A stretch of 63,112 nt of DNA, counting the filler, from Choristocarpus tenellus KU-1152 (lineage: Eukaryota > Protista > Phaeophyceae): assembly GCA_964200185.2 (NCBI GenBank). It is 15 parts of 15 records of this genome, joined end to end, with 100 filler letters (N's around TTAATTAATTAA, not from the genome) between each part and the next. Parts side by side here need not be neighbours in the genome. Positions count along the whole stretch, not along the records: positions 1 to 4,749 come from CAXNAD020013218.1; positions 4,850 to 7,490 come from CAXNAD020026037.1; positions 7,591 to 10,278 come from CAXNAD020025646.1; positions 10,379 to 13,358 come from CAXNAD020023200.1; 11 more parts are not named here. The stretch is one strand, 5' to 3'. Shown here one piece after another: positions 1 to 10,716 of this stretch. Position numbers and translations under genes: made by a program. Positions within the stretch are counted from its first letter, which is position 1. Every line of letters begins with the position of its first letter. The notes under the pieces were generated by a model. That model did not search any database and was not told the DNA's origin. It saw nothing but the letters and a program-made list of their open reading frames with translations.

Positions 1-1050
1 GTGGGTTTGATGGAGTGTGTCCACAACGTGCGCGTCAAGGTTGAAGCCGGCAAAGTATTGTACGATGCTGATGCCTCCTCCAACATTCAACCGACCATTT
101 CCATTACTCAGCTCAATCATTGTAGCAACCCAATCTCGGAATCCACCTTAGCTGTGAAGGAAGAAGCCCTTTTCCATCTTCCCAGAGGACACGATGGCGA
201 ACCCTTGAGTGTGGAGCTGCGTCATTGGAGGAGGAGGACATGGATTGAACAACAGGATTCTAGATCTGGACGTAGTGCGGAAGACGATGGAGGATCGGTT
301 GAACCAACACCGAAACGACAAAATCTTGGCATTCCAGGTCCACCTTCGATCTCCACAGAGCAGTATGATAAGAGCGATATAGCTCCAGGTAGTGACGTCG
401 TGAGGCCGAAGTGTACGTGCCAGCTCAATCGATGCCGCTACATCGCATATTTCGGCTGGGAGAGGAGGAGGAAAGCACTGTACTGCGCAGGTTATAAAAT
501 GAATGGCATGGTAAATGTGAAAGGGAACTCATGCAATCACACGATATGTGCTCGCACATCTTACTTTGGTTATGAGGGTGGCAGGAAGGCAATGTACTGC
601 TCTGCACACAAGTTGGATAGCATGGTGAAGGTGAAGAGCCGCCTTTGTCATCACCCAGAGTGTGCCCGCTGTGCCAAATATGGTGATGAGAGGGACAGGA
701 AGGCCATGTACTGCTCTGCACACAAGTTGGATGGCATGGTGAATATGAAGAGCCGCCTTTGTCATCCCCCAGAGTGTGCTCGCTATGCCATCTATGGTGA
801 TGAGAGGGGCAGGAAGGTACAGTGGTGGTCTAAGCGCAAACTTGATGCGATGGTGGAGGTGAATAACCACCTTTGTCATTACCCAGAATGTTCCTGCTGG
901 GCTAACTTTGGTCATGAGAGGGATAGAAAGGTACAGTACTGCTCTGAGCACAAGCTGGATGGGATGGTGAATGTAAATAGCCCACGATGCCATCGCCCAG
1001 AATGTGCTCACTCCCCCAGCTTTGGTTATGAGAAGGATAAGAAGGCATAG
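1..1050 (+). CDS. EsV-1-7-family cysteine-rich repeat protein (5'-partial; about 5.5 intact 38-aa repeats)
   Basis: Tandem 114-bp/38-aa units of the form C-x4-C-x5-[FY]G-x-E-x2-RK-x2-YC-x2-HK-x-DGMVNV start at about 412. This is the EsV-1-7 repeat expanded in brown algae. The ORF is open at the window edge, and a basic PTPKRQ motif precedes the array. Confidence 0.85.
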   Translation: MGLMECVHNVRVKVEAGKVLYDADASSNIQPTISITQLNHCSNPISESTLAVKEEALFHLPRGHDGEPLSVELRHWRRRTWIEQQDSRSGRSAEDDGGSVEPTPKRQNLGIPGPPSISTEQYDKSDIAPGSDVVRPKCTCQLNRCRYIAYFGWERRRKALYCAGYKMNGMVNVKGNSCNHTICARTSYFGYEGGRKAMYCSAHKLDSMVKVKSRLCHHPECARCAKYGDERDRKAMYCSAHKLDGMVNMKSRLCHPPECARYAIYGDERGRKVQWWSKRKLDAMVEVNNHLCHYPECSCWANFGHERDRKVQYCSEHKLDGMVNVNSPRCHRPECAHSPSFGYEKDKKA

Positions 1051-1835
1051 TACTGCTCTGAGCACAAGCTGGATGGCATGGTGTACCTAAGGAAATATGA
1101 ATGCCTTCTTCTGCAATGTGCCGCAGGGCTATCTGTGGTTATGAGAGGGACAGGAAGACACTGTACTGCTCTGAGGACAAGCTGGATGGTATGTTGGATA
1201 TCAAGAGCCTTCAATGCCTTCTTCTGGAATGTGCCCACTACGCTAGTTTTGGATATGAGAGGGAAAGGAAGGCACGGTACTGCTCTGAGCACAAGCCGGA
1301 AGGCATGGTAAATGTGAAGACTAGCAAGCATCATCACACAGAATGTGTTCTAGCTTTGGATATGAGGGGGACAAGAAGGCCATGTACTGCTCTGAGCACA
1401 AGCTGAAAATACATGGTGAATGTGAAGACTAGCAAGTGCCATCATGCAGAATGTGCCCATAGATCTAGCTTTGGTTGTGAGAGGGACAGGAAGGTGATGT
1501 ACTGCTCTGAGCGCAAGCTGGATGGCATGGTGAATGTTTGGAGACCCTGGTGCCATTAACCAGAGTGTTGTTGCAATCCTAGCTTTGGTTATGAGGGGGT
1601 CCTGCAAATCGAAGTTGGGGTAGGAGGTGGACAGGTAGGCCATGTATTGATATGCACATTGGCTGGATGGCATGGTGGACATGAAGATGTGCTGATATCA
1701 TAGCCGATGATGTTCTCATTCTCCTTGCTTTGGCCGTGAGGGGAGCAGGAAGATGGGGTACTGCTCTGTACATCAGCTAAACAGCAGGTTGGACTTACAA
1801 AGGCAGCCCGCTACAATTACCTAGAGTGCGCCTCT
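1051..1835 (+). pseudogene. Degenerate continuation of the EsV-1-7 repeat array (about 6.5 further units)
   Basis: The same 114-bp unit continues past the TAG at 1048-1050 (YCSEHKLDGMV, YCSEDKLDGML, YCSEHKPEGMV). It carries a 1-bp deletion near 1120, further indels near 1350 and 1600, and in-frame stops. Confidence 0.85.
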
Positions 1836-2056
1836 TGTGGAGATGTGGTGATGATCGAGTTGGGATTGTTTCTTGTTTTGTGTATGGGGGAATTTTTGTC
1901 TCTCTTCAAGATGGTAATGTTGACAAGAATTCATTGACTGTTTTTATTTTGTGTTGCTGACAATAGGTGTTTGGTTCGGACCCTTCCCATAGGTAAGTGT
2001 TAACATGTAATATTGCAGCAGAATAATTGCCTTTGCACTCCAGCACTTTCTCTTCT

Positions 2057-2317
2057 GACCCAAGGCATTTAAGAAGGTAGGGGGTTTGCCCTGTTTGTCT
2101 TCTTGGGGCTTGGCTTCCCACATGGGTTTCATATGCCCTATTTCGGTTTTGTGTGTGAAAACAGTTACCTAAAATGTATACAACTATGAAAGGTGTGTCC
2201 GGAGCAAGGATATTGACATTTGGTAACAAATATGATAGTCGAAGTTGCATCATAATCAGAACATTGGATTTTGGAGCCCAAACGGATACATCCCTACCCT
2301 TTTAACTGCTTTGACTC
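2057..2317. mobile_element. MITE family B copy (Sola2-like termini), diverged
   Basis: Termini GACCCAAGGCATTT...TGCTTTGACTC. The interior matches copies at 6674, 26331, 31697, 56944 and 58956. Confidence 0.8.
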
Positions 2318-4057
2318 TCTCCTTGAAGAGTATCACTTTTTTCATCTTGAGGTGTCTAACATGGATCTTTCTGCATCCCAAAAATGACACCCACACGAAA
2401 AGGGGTTGTCCAATTAGACCTTTTTGGCTGCACTTGAGTAACAACTGAACTAGCCTACCCCGTGGTCTCTAGGAATAGCTTCAGCTACAATGGTTTGTGC
2501 CTTGCTTCTTGCACCTTGGAATGCATCGACCCACCCCTCATTGATCTCATCCCCCTTGCGCCACTCTCTACCATAGTGAGCAGCGTGTCTGTGTGTGTGT
2601 GTGTGTGTGAATTGTGTTTTGAAATGTGTCAAACTTATTGTGTTAGTAGGCACTGAGATAGAACGCAACAAGTACAACAAACTTCAAGATGTCAAAAAAT
2701 ATCCATAGCAATAAATACAACGATCCTATTAATAGCATTTTCAAAGTACATTAACAACAGCAGGAGCAGTAATAGCATTCAAGGTATAATGATTATATAC
2801 TTCAAAGAAGCAGCAAAAATAACATAATAAATGGAAATAGTAAAATAATATCACAAACAGTTTGTTGAACGACATGTCCATGAACATCAATCATGGCAGG
2901 GATCAGGTAGGCAGAGGGAGGGGAGAAAGGGAGGGAGGCTGCTGTACAAGCAGAACATGAGCAAGATTAAACAAATGTCAAAGGAAAGGTAGAGCACGAT
3001 GGAAAGAAAGACCAAGATATATGGAGGTGATATGTTGCAGGGAAAAATGAATATAACATTCACATTGAACAAGTAGTACAAAAATAAGAACATACAAGGA
3101 AGTCAGCACGAATTGTAACATCGAATGATCCTTTCACGATCTCTTGTGGCAACCCACCATATCATACATTAGCTTTTACACCATGATATATATATATATA
3201 AATCTCTGCTGGCCAATCAGGCCACACACACTGGGGCTGACAGACTCCCTGTGAGCCTCCTTTCCATGAACGCTCTCTATAGCTCTAGAGTGGTACTGTG
3301 GTGCTACAGAACTCTCAACTAGTATTCACATGAACAAAAAACAAATGTATTGCCACGGCCTGTGATAGCTACTCTATGTCACACCAAAGCAGCATCTGAG
3401 GTTGCCCGGGCCACCAACACCATCGCCATCACCACCTCCACTACTGTCTGGTGAATGTTATTTTTTACTTCTTGGAATGATTTCTCTTGCATCCTTCATA
3501 CTTTTTTCTTTCCTTTTCTTCCCCCATCACGTTTTTGAGGTAACGGTGTTCTTGTTCTCCTGGAGGGTTCTATTCTTCCTTTTCTTCCCTACTTCTTAAC
3601 TTTTGGGGGTATATGTATCTATATACTAACAATATACACATATTGTACACATTTATACACAACATATACTGGCATCCATTCAAAACAGAAGTTGCACGTA
3701 TCACCAACAACCAAACCACGAAATAACTATACTGTACTGGAAGAAGTTCACAAACCCGTATCAACTCTGAACACCTATCTCTCGGTTTGAGTACCCTTCC
3801 CAAGTTCAGTGGTTGAGACACACCCTCCACATGCACAAAACGCTCTCAAGCATTTCCGCTGGGTGTAGATAGATACATACATATATACACAACCTACGAA
3901 AAACAAATTCCTGTTAAAATATAACAACACTCAACATCGTGGGACTTTGAAGAGGTTCCTCTTGCAGATGTTTCTCCACCACGACTCCAAAAAAACAAAC
4001 ATAACAAATAAAAAATGTGACTGATTATTCCACTCTCCAAAATCCCCGCAGAATCAC

Positions 4058-4261
4058 CTCATCCGCCCTTGACTCCACTGATGCCAGTCACCCTCCAAAG
4101 CCCTGGCTGCTGGCGGCCACGACTGCTCTCTCTCTCCCTTCCGTCTCTGTCTTCGACCTCTCTGAATTACACAAACACGCCTCCGACGATACCAGAGCAC
4201 TCTTTGCTGCAGAGAGTTGATCTTTGAGACTCATCACTTCCTGTTTCAAAGACTCGCTCTC
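4058..4261 (-). CDS. Putative exon of a coiled-coil protein, with an in-frame TGA
   Basis: AG...GT bounded 204-bp phase-0 segment translating to ESESLKQEVMSLKDQLSAAKSALVSSE...GFGG*LASVESRADE. Heptad-like composition; no family recognised. Confidence 0.35.
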
Positions 4262-4749
4262 CTGCCAAGGGTTGGGAAGGACCACGACATAAGCTAAACA
4301 AAAAGATGTACTGTGATATGGGGGGACGGGCGGGGTGGAGGAGACGGTATGTTTGCATGCACACCTCCATTTACTGGTAACACCACTGTCTTAGACTGAT
4401 GTCCACAATCCTCAAACGCACTTCGTGTGGCACGAAGGAGAGAACACGCCTGTTTGGAAGGAAGAGCATTTTGTTCTCAATACTTGGGCGATCTTTCTGT
4501 CTGTTATCAAGCCAACTCGCATCCTTGGACGGGCTCAATGGCAGGGTATACATATATATATATATATATTCAAACTCACTTTACCACTGTCAGCAATGTG
4601 GTGACAATGAGACAGGAAATGGTAATGACTCTTGTAGGGTCTTTGTGTGAAGTGAGCTCAAGCGCAATTTGTTCAGGCGATGGAGATTTGAAAGGCATTG
4701 GGTTAGGATGGCAGTGGGGGATGGAGGGTGGGGGGGGAACAATTCAAGA

Positions 4750-4849
4750 NNNNNNNNNNNNNNNNNNNNNNNNNNNNNNNNNNNNNNNNNNNNTTAATTA
4801 ATTAANNNNNNNNNNNNNNNNNNNNNNNNNNNNNNNNNNNNNNNNNNNN
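4750..4849. other. Artificial contig linker N44-TTAATTAATTAA-N44 (first of 14)
   Basis: Identical 100-bp linkers start at 4750, 7491, 10279, 13359, 18073, 21478, 26781, 30206, 32949, 41198, 47349, 50405, 55745 and 59653. The 12-mer places stops in all six frames. Confidence 0.98.
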
Positions 4850-5000
4850 GGGGGGCTGTCTACACCAGGTTGCCCATTTGAACCAAAACCAGGAAAAGTG
4901 CATTTACATTAACCATCCGACGTATGCAACCAAATCACCAAAAAACAACGATATTAAAAAATTGACCCCCAATGGACAGCCCTCCCAGATACTTTGAGCC
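4850..5000. mobile_element. MITE family A copy (truncated by contig start)
   Basis: GTCTACACCAGG...ATGCAACCAAATCACC...AATGGACAG...CCCAGATACTTTGAGCC, matching the full copies at 18756 and 57557. Confidence 0.85.
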
Positions 5001-5199
5001 TCTCGTATTGGTCAACATCATCTTGCTTAATTGTCCACGATATTTATTGGTTCTCTATTACTTAAGATTTTGTGTTCTTGTATCTAAAAATACTGGCTCA
5101 GCGTTGGTTCATTCTCTAGAGGAAACATATATATATATATGTTTGTGCACAACACGTATTATCGGTAGTCCTACAGAGAAGACATGCAACCTAGTGCTG

Positions 5200-5513
5200 A
5201 ACACTGCCGTGCATGTGGGAGTCACTCCCACTTGGGAACCATTAGTTCTATTGAGGAAGCCAGAAATACGTGTAAGAATCACATGGTGAATGTGCCCATT
5301 TACACGCCCTGACCTGCGCCTGATATCCTTCACTTCGTGAAACAAAAATGATGAGAACATAGGTCAACATAACACAAAACGAGACGGAAAAAATGTGGGA
5401 TGGCTACCTTGAATGGTGGGGGGGGGGGGGGGGGGGGGGGGAGGAGACCCCACCCCCTCCTTCCCTCTTTTTTNNNNNNNNNNAGAAAAGGAGGGTTGGA
5501 GGGTGGGGGGGAT

Positions 5514-5549
<36 letters not shown>

Positions 5550-5763
5550 CAGACCACCCCCATTTTTTCCCATCTCTTTTTGTGGCACATTGACCGACAT
5601 ATTAGAGATTTTTTGTGTGAAGCGAAGGATGTCCGCCTCAAGTTAGGGCACCTTAACGGGTACATTCACCGTATGATTCCTGCACGTAATTTCTAACTCC
5701 CTTGATAGGGGGGGTGGCTCCCAAAGCAGGTGTGTCTGTCACGTACATGCCAACAGTATTGTT
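5200..5763. repeat. Long imperfect inverted repeat (foldback-like), arms about 215 bp around a poly-G/N core
   Basis: 5200-5415 aligns by eye to the reverse complement of 5545-5763, e.g. GGTGAATGTGCCC / GGGTACATTCACC and ATCCTTCACTTC / GAAGCGAAGGAT. Confidence 0.7.
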
Positions 5764-6673
5764 AAAAAATGTGCTAACAAAGACAGGCAGGTATCAGTAG
5801 GTGAGTTCAATAAAGCCTTATCTTGACTTTCCAAATGAGACACTACTACTACTACTACTGCTGCTACTAGAGAGTAGATGGGATATCATCACAGAAGCTA
5901 CTAGCTGTAACATCAGCACCATGTGCCATGTGCCAGCGTAACAAGTACTTCGAAGTAGCAGCTTTTTGTACTGTCTGTGTGTGTAGAGCATCAGATATAT
6001 ATATATATATACATTTGAACTCCCTACAGGGCCTATACATTTAGCTGCTCCAGGTAATGGAAGGCTCTGCAGAGGACATTTCGTCACCTTGTTCATAGTA
6101 AGAAACCTTTATTATAATAGTCACTTATGTGAGCATACAACAGACAATCACGTACTGCAGATAAGTTGCGCGATTGGAGGGACTTCCTTCAAATGTAGAA
6201 TTATTTTGGCATTGAACACGACAACAGTAACAGAGTCCATATTGCTTACGATAAGGCCTTCTGATCCACCAGCCGTAGTTGTGTAATATGCATATTTAAA
6301 AACAAGAAACTAGAGTATTTGGATTTACCCTTAATTATTGTGTATTTTCAACATATAAACTACTTTTCTACCAAGACTCTTCAGATTGTGATACATCCAT
6401 ATATCATTTTTAAAGAATAACCAACAGTAGAGTGCACCAACAATATCTGCACTACCTGCAGCATATTAGCAAGTCTGTTAAGTTGGTTCATGTTGCTTGG
6501 AGGTGGGACAGTCGCTTTACTTACACTGCTCTATGCACTGCTCATGGCACAACAAATATTAGGAAGGAAGCGAATGAACCACTACTATTCCCAGAAACAA
6601 CTTCTCATCCTGTTTAAGCATAGGGCCGGCTCTAGAGCCCTCTCCGACGACTAGGGCAAAACACGCAGGAGAT

Positions 6674-6929
6674 GAGTGAAAGTATCTTAGAGGGTACGAG
6701 TTTTGCCCTGTTTGTCCATTTGAGGCTTGACATCCCACGGGTTTATAATGACATACTACCTCCAAAATATTTTCGAGTGGGTAAAATATATACACTATGA
6801 AAAGATGTGTCCGGAACAAGGATATTGACATCTCCTAACAATCACGATAGCCAAAATTACATCAAAATCGCAACATTGGATTTTGGCCCCCAAATGGACG
6901 CGGCTCTACCCTCTAAGATACATTGATTC
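6674..6929. mobile_element. MITE family B, full length, 4-bp TSD AGAT
   Basis: TIRs GAGTGAAAGTATCTTAGAGGGTA...TACCCTCTAAGATACATTGATTC, flanked on both sides by AGAT. Confidence 0.9.
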
Positions 6930-7590
6930 AGATACGTCGTCTGAAGTAGAAGTTGAGTGCATATATTTTCACACTCACTCACTACTTGGTTGATATATTA
7001 TACTAGGCACTTCGAAGTATATTATACTTCAAGTATTCACATTATAGAGAAAAAAAAAGCATAAAGAATGACGTGTTGCACCCTCAATTTAGATAGAAAA
7101 CACTACAAAGCAATGCCCCAAACATAGCCCAACTTGTATCTACCACATGCATCCACACACATATCACGTCTCAATGTATTTGGAAAAATAGGTGCCAGAG
7201 TATGATAAATGCCCCTTCGACGCCTGTGTCAACACACCAAGCATTACTACTACTACTTGGTATACCTTGCTTGTGAGCCAAATCAAGCGAGAGGCACTCA
7301 GGTTTTGGGCGTTTTGCTTTTGAAGTCACTTTATAAATCTTTGGCGATTCACTCATATTTCTATTTCTGTTACTATTGTTCTAAAAATTTGGACAGAACA
7401 TTGAAAATTCCGTACAGGTATTTAACAGCCGATTTCAAGAATTGAGGATGGAGCTTTTCATTGAGGATGGGCTTGACCCAAAATTGACTGNNNNNNNNNN
7501 NNNNNNNNNNNNNNNNNNNNNNNNNNNNNNNNNNTTAATTAATTAANNNNNNNNNNNNNNNNNNNNNNNNNNNNNNNNNNNNNNNNNNNN

Positions 7591-7665
7591 GCACTTTTCC
7601 TGGTTTTGGTCCAAATGGACACCCTGGTGTAGACCCCCCCCCTCCTCTCCCAGGTATTTTGGATC
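7591..7665. mobile_element. MITE family A terminus at contig start
   Basis: CCAAATGGACACCCTGGTGTAGAC-poly(C)-CCAGGTATTTTGGATC. Confidence 0.8.
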
Positions 7666-8236
7666 TCCTTCTCTCCCAACCGAATCTCGAGAGGTGGACG
7701 ACATCAGCTCAAGACTGGACAAGCTAGAAGGTTTCAATAGGAGCTCCTATTTTGGTGACAGAGAACACTACCCCCTGTGACTGTCTTCTCTTGTGCTTGT
7801 TGTTCTTGCAAATTATTTAATTTGAGTTTGTCCCCTAATTGTCTTGTGTATTTTAGTGCATACCGACAGTAGTCAAGTGACAGCTGTGATGTTGGACCCT
7901 CTATACCCGTTCCAATACAGACTACCCATGCTATGCAGTTTCTGAAACACTGCAGAACCCTGCAAAAAAAAGAAATTAAAAAGTGATTTTTGGAATAAAT
8001 TCCATTCTGATTCCCCCCCCAAAATACTATAAAGATCGTGCAAATCCAGAGCTTTCGAATAATGTCCTGTTTGCAGAACATCTCCCAGAGATTTTGGGGA
8101 TATCCCACGCCGACAGATCGTTCAACAGATTTCTGGGACAGAGGAGTATACACCACATAACAGATCTAGAAAAAATCAGGTCATACATACTCCCTGATTA
8201 AAATATCTAGGAGTTGAAACTCGGTTGGAATATACT

Positions 8237-9245
8237 CTACAGTAAATATAGTCCTTGTGCTATATACTTCCTTGTACGTTCAAGTACTATATCCACATGT
8301 TTAGTTCTACCACTAAACCTCCCAACACTGACTGTCTGAATGGTCCCACGGTTTTCCCCAAACCATGTGGTTGATCCTTGTTCCAGACTGAGCTCCCCCA
8401 AAATCCCCTTCAGGTAAATATCATGTCTCATCCCGTGTGCCATGGCTGCCCATTCCACCTCTGTGCTTGATAGTGTCACTGCTCCTTGTAGTTTCGATCT
8501 CCATGCAATGGGTGCTCCATTAATGAATATCAGATACCCTGTCACGCTCCGCCTAGACACAGGGTCAATGCCCCAGTCTGACTCATGTTACCCAACCAAA
8601 CCCCCGTTGTCCAAGTTGCCACCAGCAGGAGAGTTTAATTCCCACGTTGATGGTGCCTGCAACGTATTGTAGTATATGTTGCAGCCCTTTCCAGCATATG
8701 TTGCATGGAGATGCTGCATATTTTCCCAATTCCTGAACACTTTTGGACAGGTCTGGTCACATCATGCCAGCCAGGAACGTGAGTTTCCCCAAACAGTGCA
8801 GTAAGGTCTATACCACTGGTCCAGCTCCTCTTCGACAATTCTCCTCGAGGTCAGGTCCATTTCCGGTTTCAAGAGTGATGAAGTATTCCGAGACTCTGTC
8901 GATCCAATTCCCTCCTGAACAATGCTGTCTACAAAAAAGCACTGGTCCATAGTGATGCCAGCCTCATCTCAGTCAATCGCCACCCCGACTAACTTGTCTG
9001 GGGTCCTGAGGTCGCATCCCTTGTGCTTGGCCAACAGACTGGTCCTCATCCGCTCTATTTCCTTGTCACAGTCTCCAGTCAATAAGATGTGATCCACATA
9101 GTGGAAAAGGATAGCGATCCGACCATCCTTGCTCCTCTTCAAGTACAGGTAGGCATCAAAGTCGCAGGCACTCCACCCATCTAATATTGACACCTTGAGC
9201 TCCCTGTACCACTCCATTACTGATTGCTTGAGGCCATAGATTCTT
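8237..9245 (-). mobile_element. Ty1/copia LTR-retrotransposon pol relic (RT and RNase H), frameshifted
   Basis: RT motifs YGLKQS..EWY and ILFHYVDHILLTG (YVDD-like). RNase H motifs RRSVTGYLIFINGAPIAWRSKLQGAVTLSSTEVE and RTKHVDI. Split across frames. Confidence 0.9.
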
Positions 9246-9747
9246 CAGGATGTCCAGAGTGTAAGCCCCTGTAGTCCACCCTGGGTTGTTCAAGCTTATC
9301 CTGGCTGATCTCCGTTGCCCACTAGGTGAACTTGTTGAGTCCTTGCTTGAGGCTGTTGCTACAGTATCGGATCACCTGCACTATTGAAATCCCCAATCGG
9401 AATCTTGAAATTATCATAGTTATCATCATCATCAGTCAAAGTCATAATCTCTTGCTCCCCCACGAAGTGTTACAGGCGAATAGCGGGAGTATTCCTCCCC
9501 GCGCTTTAACCAGCGCGAGCAGTGTACACGCGTGGGGAACTCCAAAAGAGGGAACTCCGATTTGCTAAAAAGTTGCAGAATAAAATCTGTTACTCGGGAA
9601 AGTCGCAGGGGTTCCCAGATGGAAAGGTGGCAAGGGTTCTCAGATATATTCCAATATCTGTAAACCAAAGAAGCCCCAACGATAAATGATGATAAGCGAT
9701 CCTAAAAACGGCTCCAAACAGCTCAGTTCTTCTGACCTAGAGACCCC

Positions 9748-10124
9748 ACCTGTAGCACTCTCTTACTGATATCGAAGAACATGCATATTTCATACACTGA
9801 TTGATTCATTTGACAGTACCCCTGTTCTGCTGAGCTGATGTTCATTAATCTGCGAATTGGAGCTACCCATCCTGTGGAGGTAAGTTTCTGGAGCGTGCCA
9901 GTAACAGAAGTCCTTTTGCATTCATCTGGCTCAAACACATCACTTGGACTAAGGTCACCAACTTGGCCTCTTGAGGAAGCCTGATGTACGAACACAGCGA
10001 TGTACAATTGTGTCTCGTGCTCTGATACATCACTTGGCGTACGGGTGAAATTTTGAACAAGCTCCCCGCTGCTCTTTCTCTTGGTGGACATAGCGATCAC
10101 TCCCCCAGGACTGAAGTCTATCAT
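9748..10124 (-). CDS. Possible exon of an unknown protein
   Basis: 133-aa open frame of plausible composition with a candidate donor after RVLQ (CAG|GTGGGG). No motif recognised. Confidence 0.25.
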
Positions 10125-10649
10125 AGTTGAAGGTTTTGCCCGTCAGACACTCACATGATATTTCCTCTACCAGGTATTCATGTGGTATACCTCCCGTTTT
10201 GAAGGCAACATCCTGTTAAAGTATCCCCAAAATCATCAAAGAGGATAAAGGTGATAAATCCAGCGAGATTGCTTGGTGNNNNNNNNNNNNNNNNNNNNNN
10301 NNNNNNNNNNNNNNNNNNNNNNTTAATTAATTAANNNNNNNNNNNNNNNNNNNNNNNNNNNNNNNNNNNNNNNNNNNNGTGATGTTGGGGTGGGTTGTGT
10401 TGGTTAATGTAACGGGAAGCGGAAGGGGGGGTAAGGAAATCTTTTCCAATAAATAAAAAAAAAAAAAAAAAAAGCTGGTCCCCAGATATCGGGAATATGT
10501 GGGCTTATCGTTCAACTGTTGTTGTTGGGGGGGGGGCCATATGTGACTGATCCGTATACTGATTTTTTTATTTTGCATCAGGGAGAAAGTATTTATGTAT
10601 GCCTGGGTAATCGTCGATTTTTTAGCGATTGATTGGGCGCCGATTGCCT

Positions 10650-10716
10650 CATTGGACATTCAAACATTGGACATTCAAACATGCAACATTGGACATTCAA
10701 ACATGCTACATTCAAA
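10650..10716. repeat. Short tandem repeat (CATTGGACATTCAAA x about 3-4)
   Basis: Seen directly. Confidence 0.8.

Noticed and set aside
1-1835. Endogenous phaeovirus insertion
   Set aside because: EsV-1-7 repeats are a common host gene family in brown algae, and no other NCLDV hallmark gene is visible on the contig.
4794-4805. Recurring palindromic TTAATTAATTAA as a biological motif or repeat array
   Set aside because: It is always centred in 88 Ns at fixed spacing, so it is an artificial all-frame stop linker.
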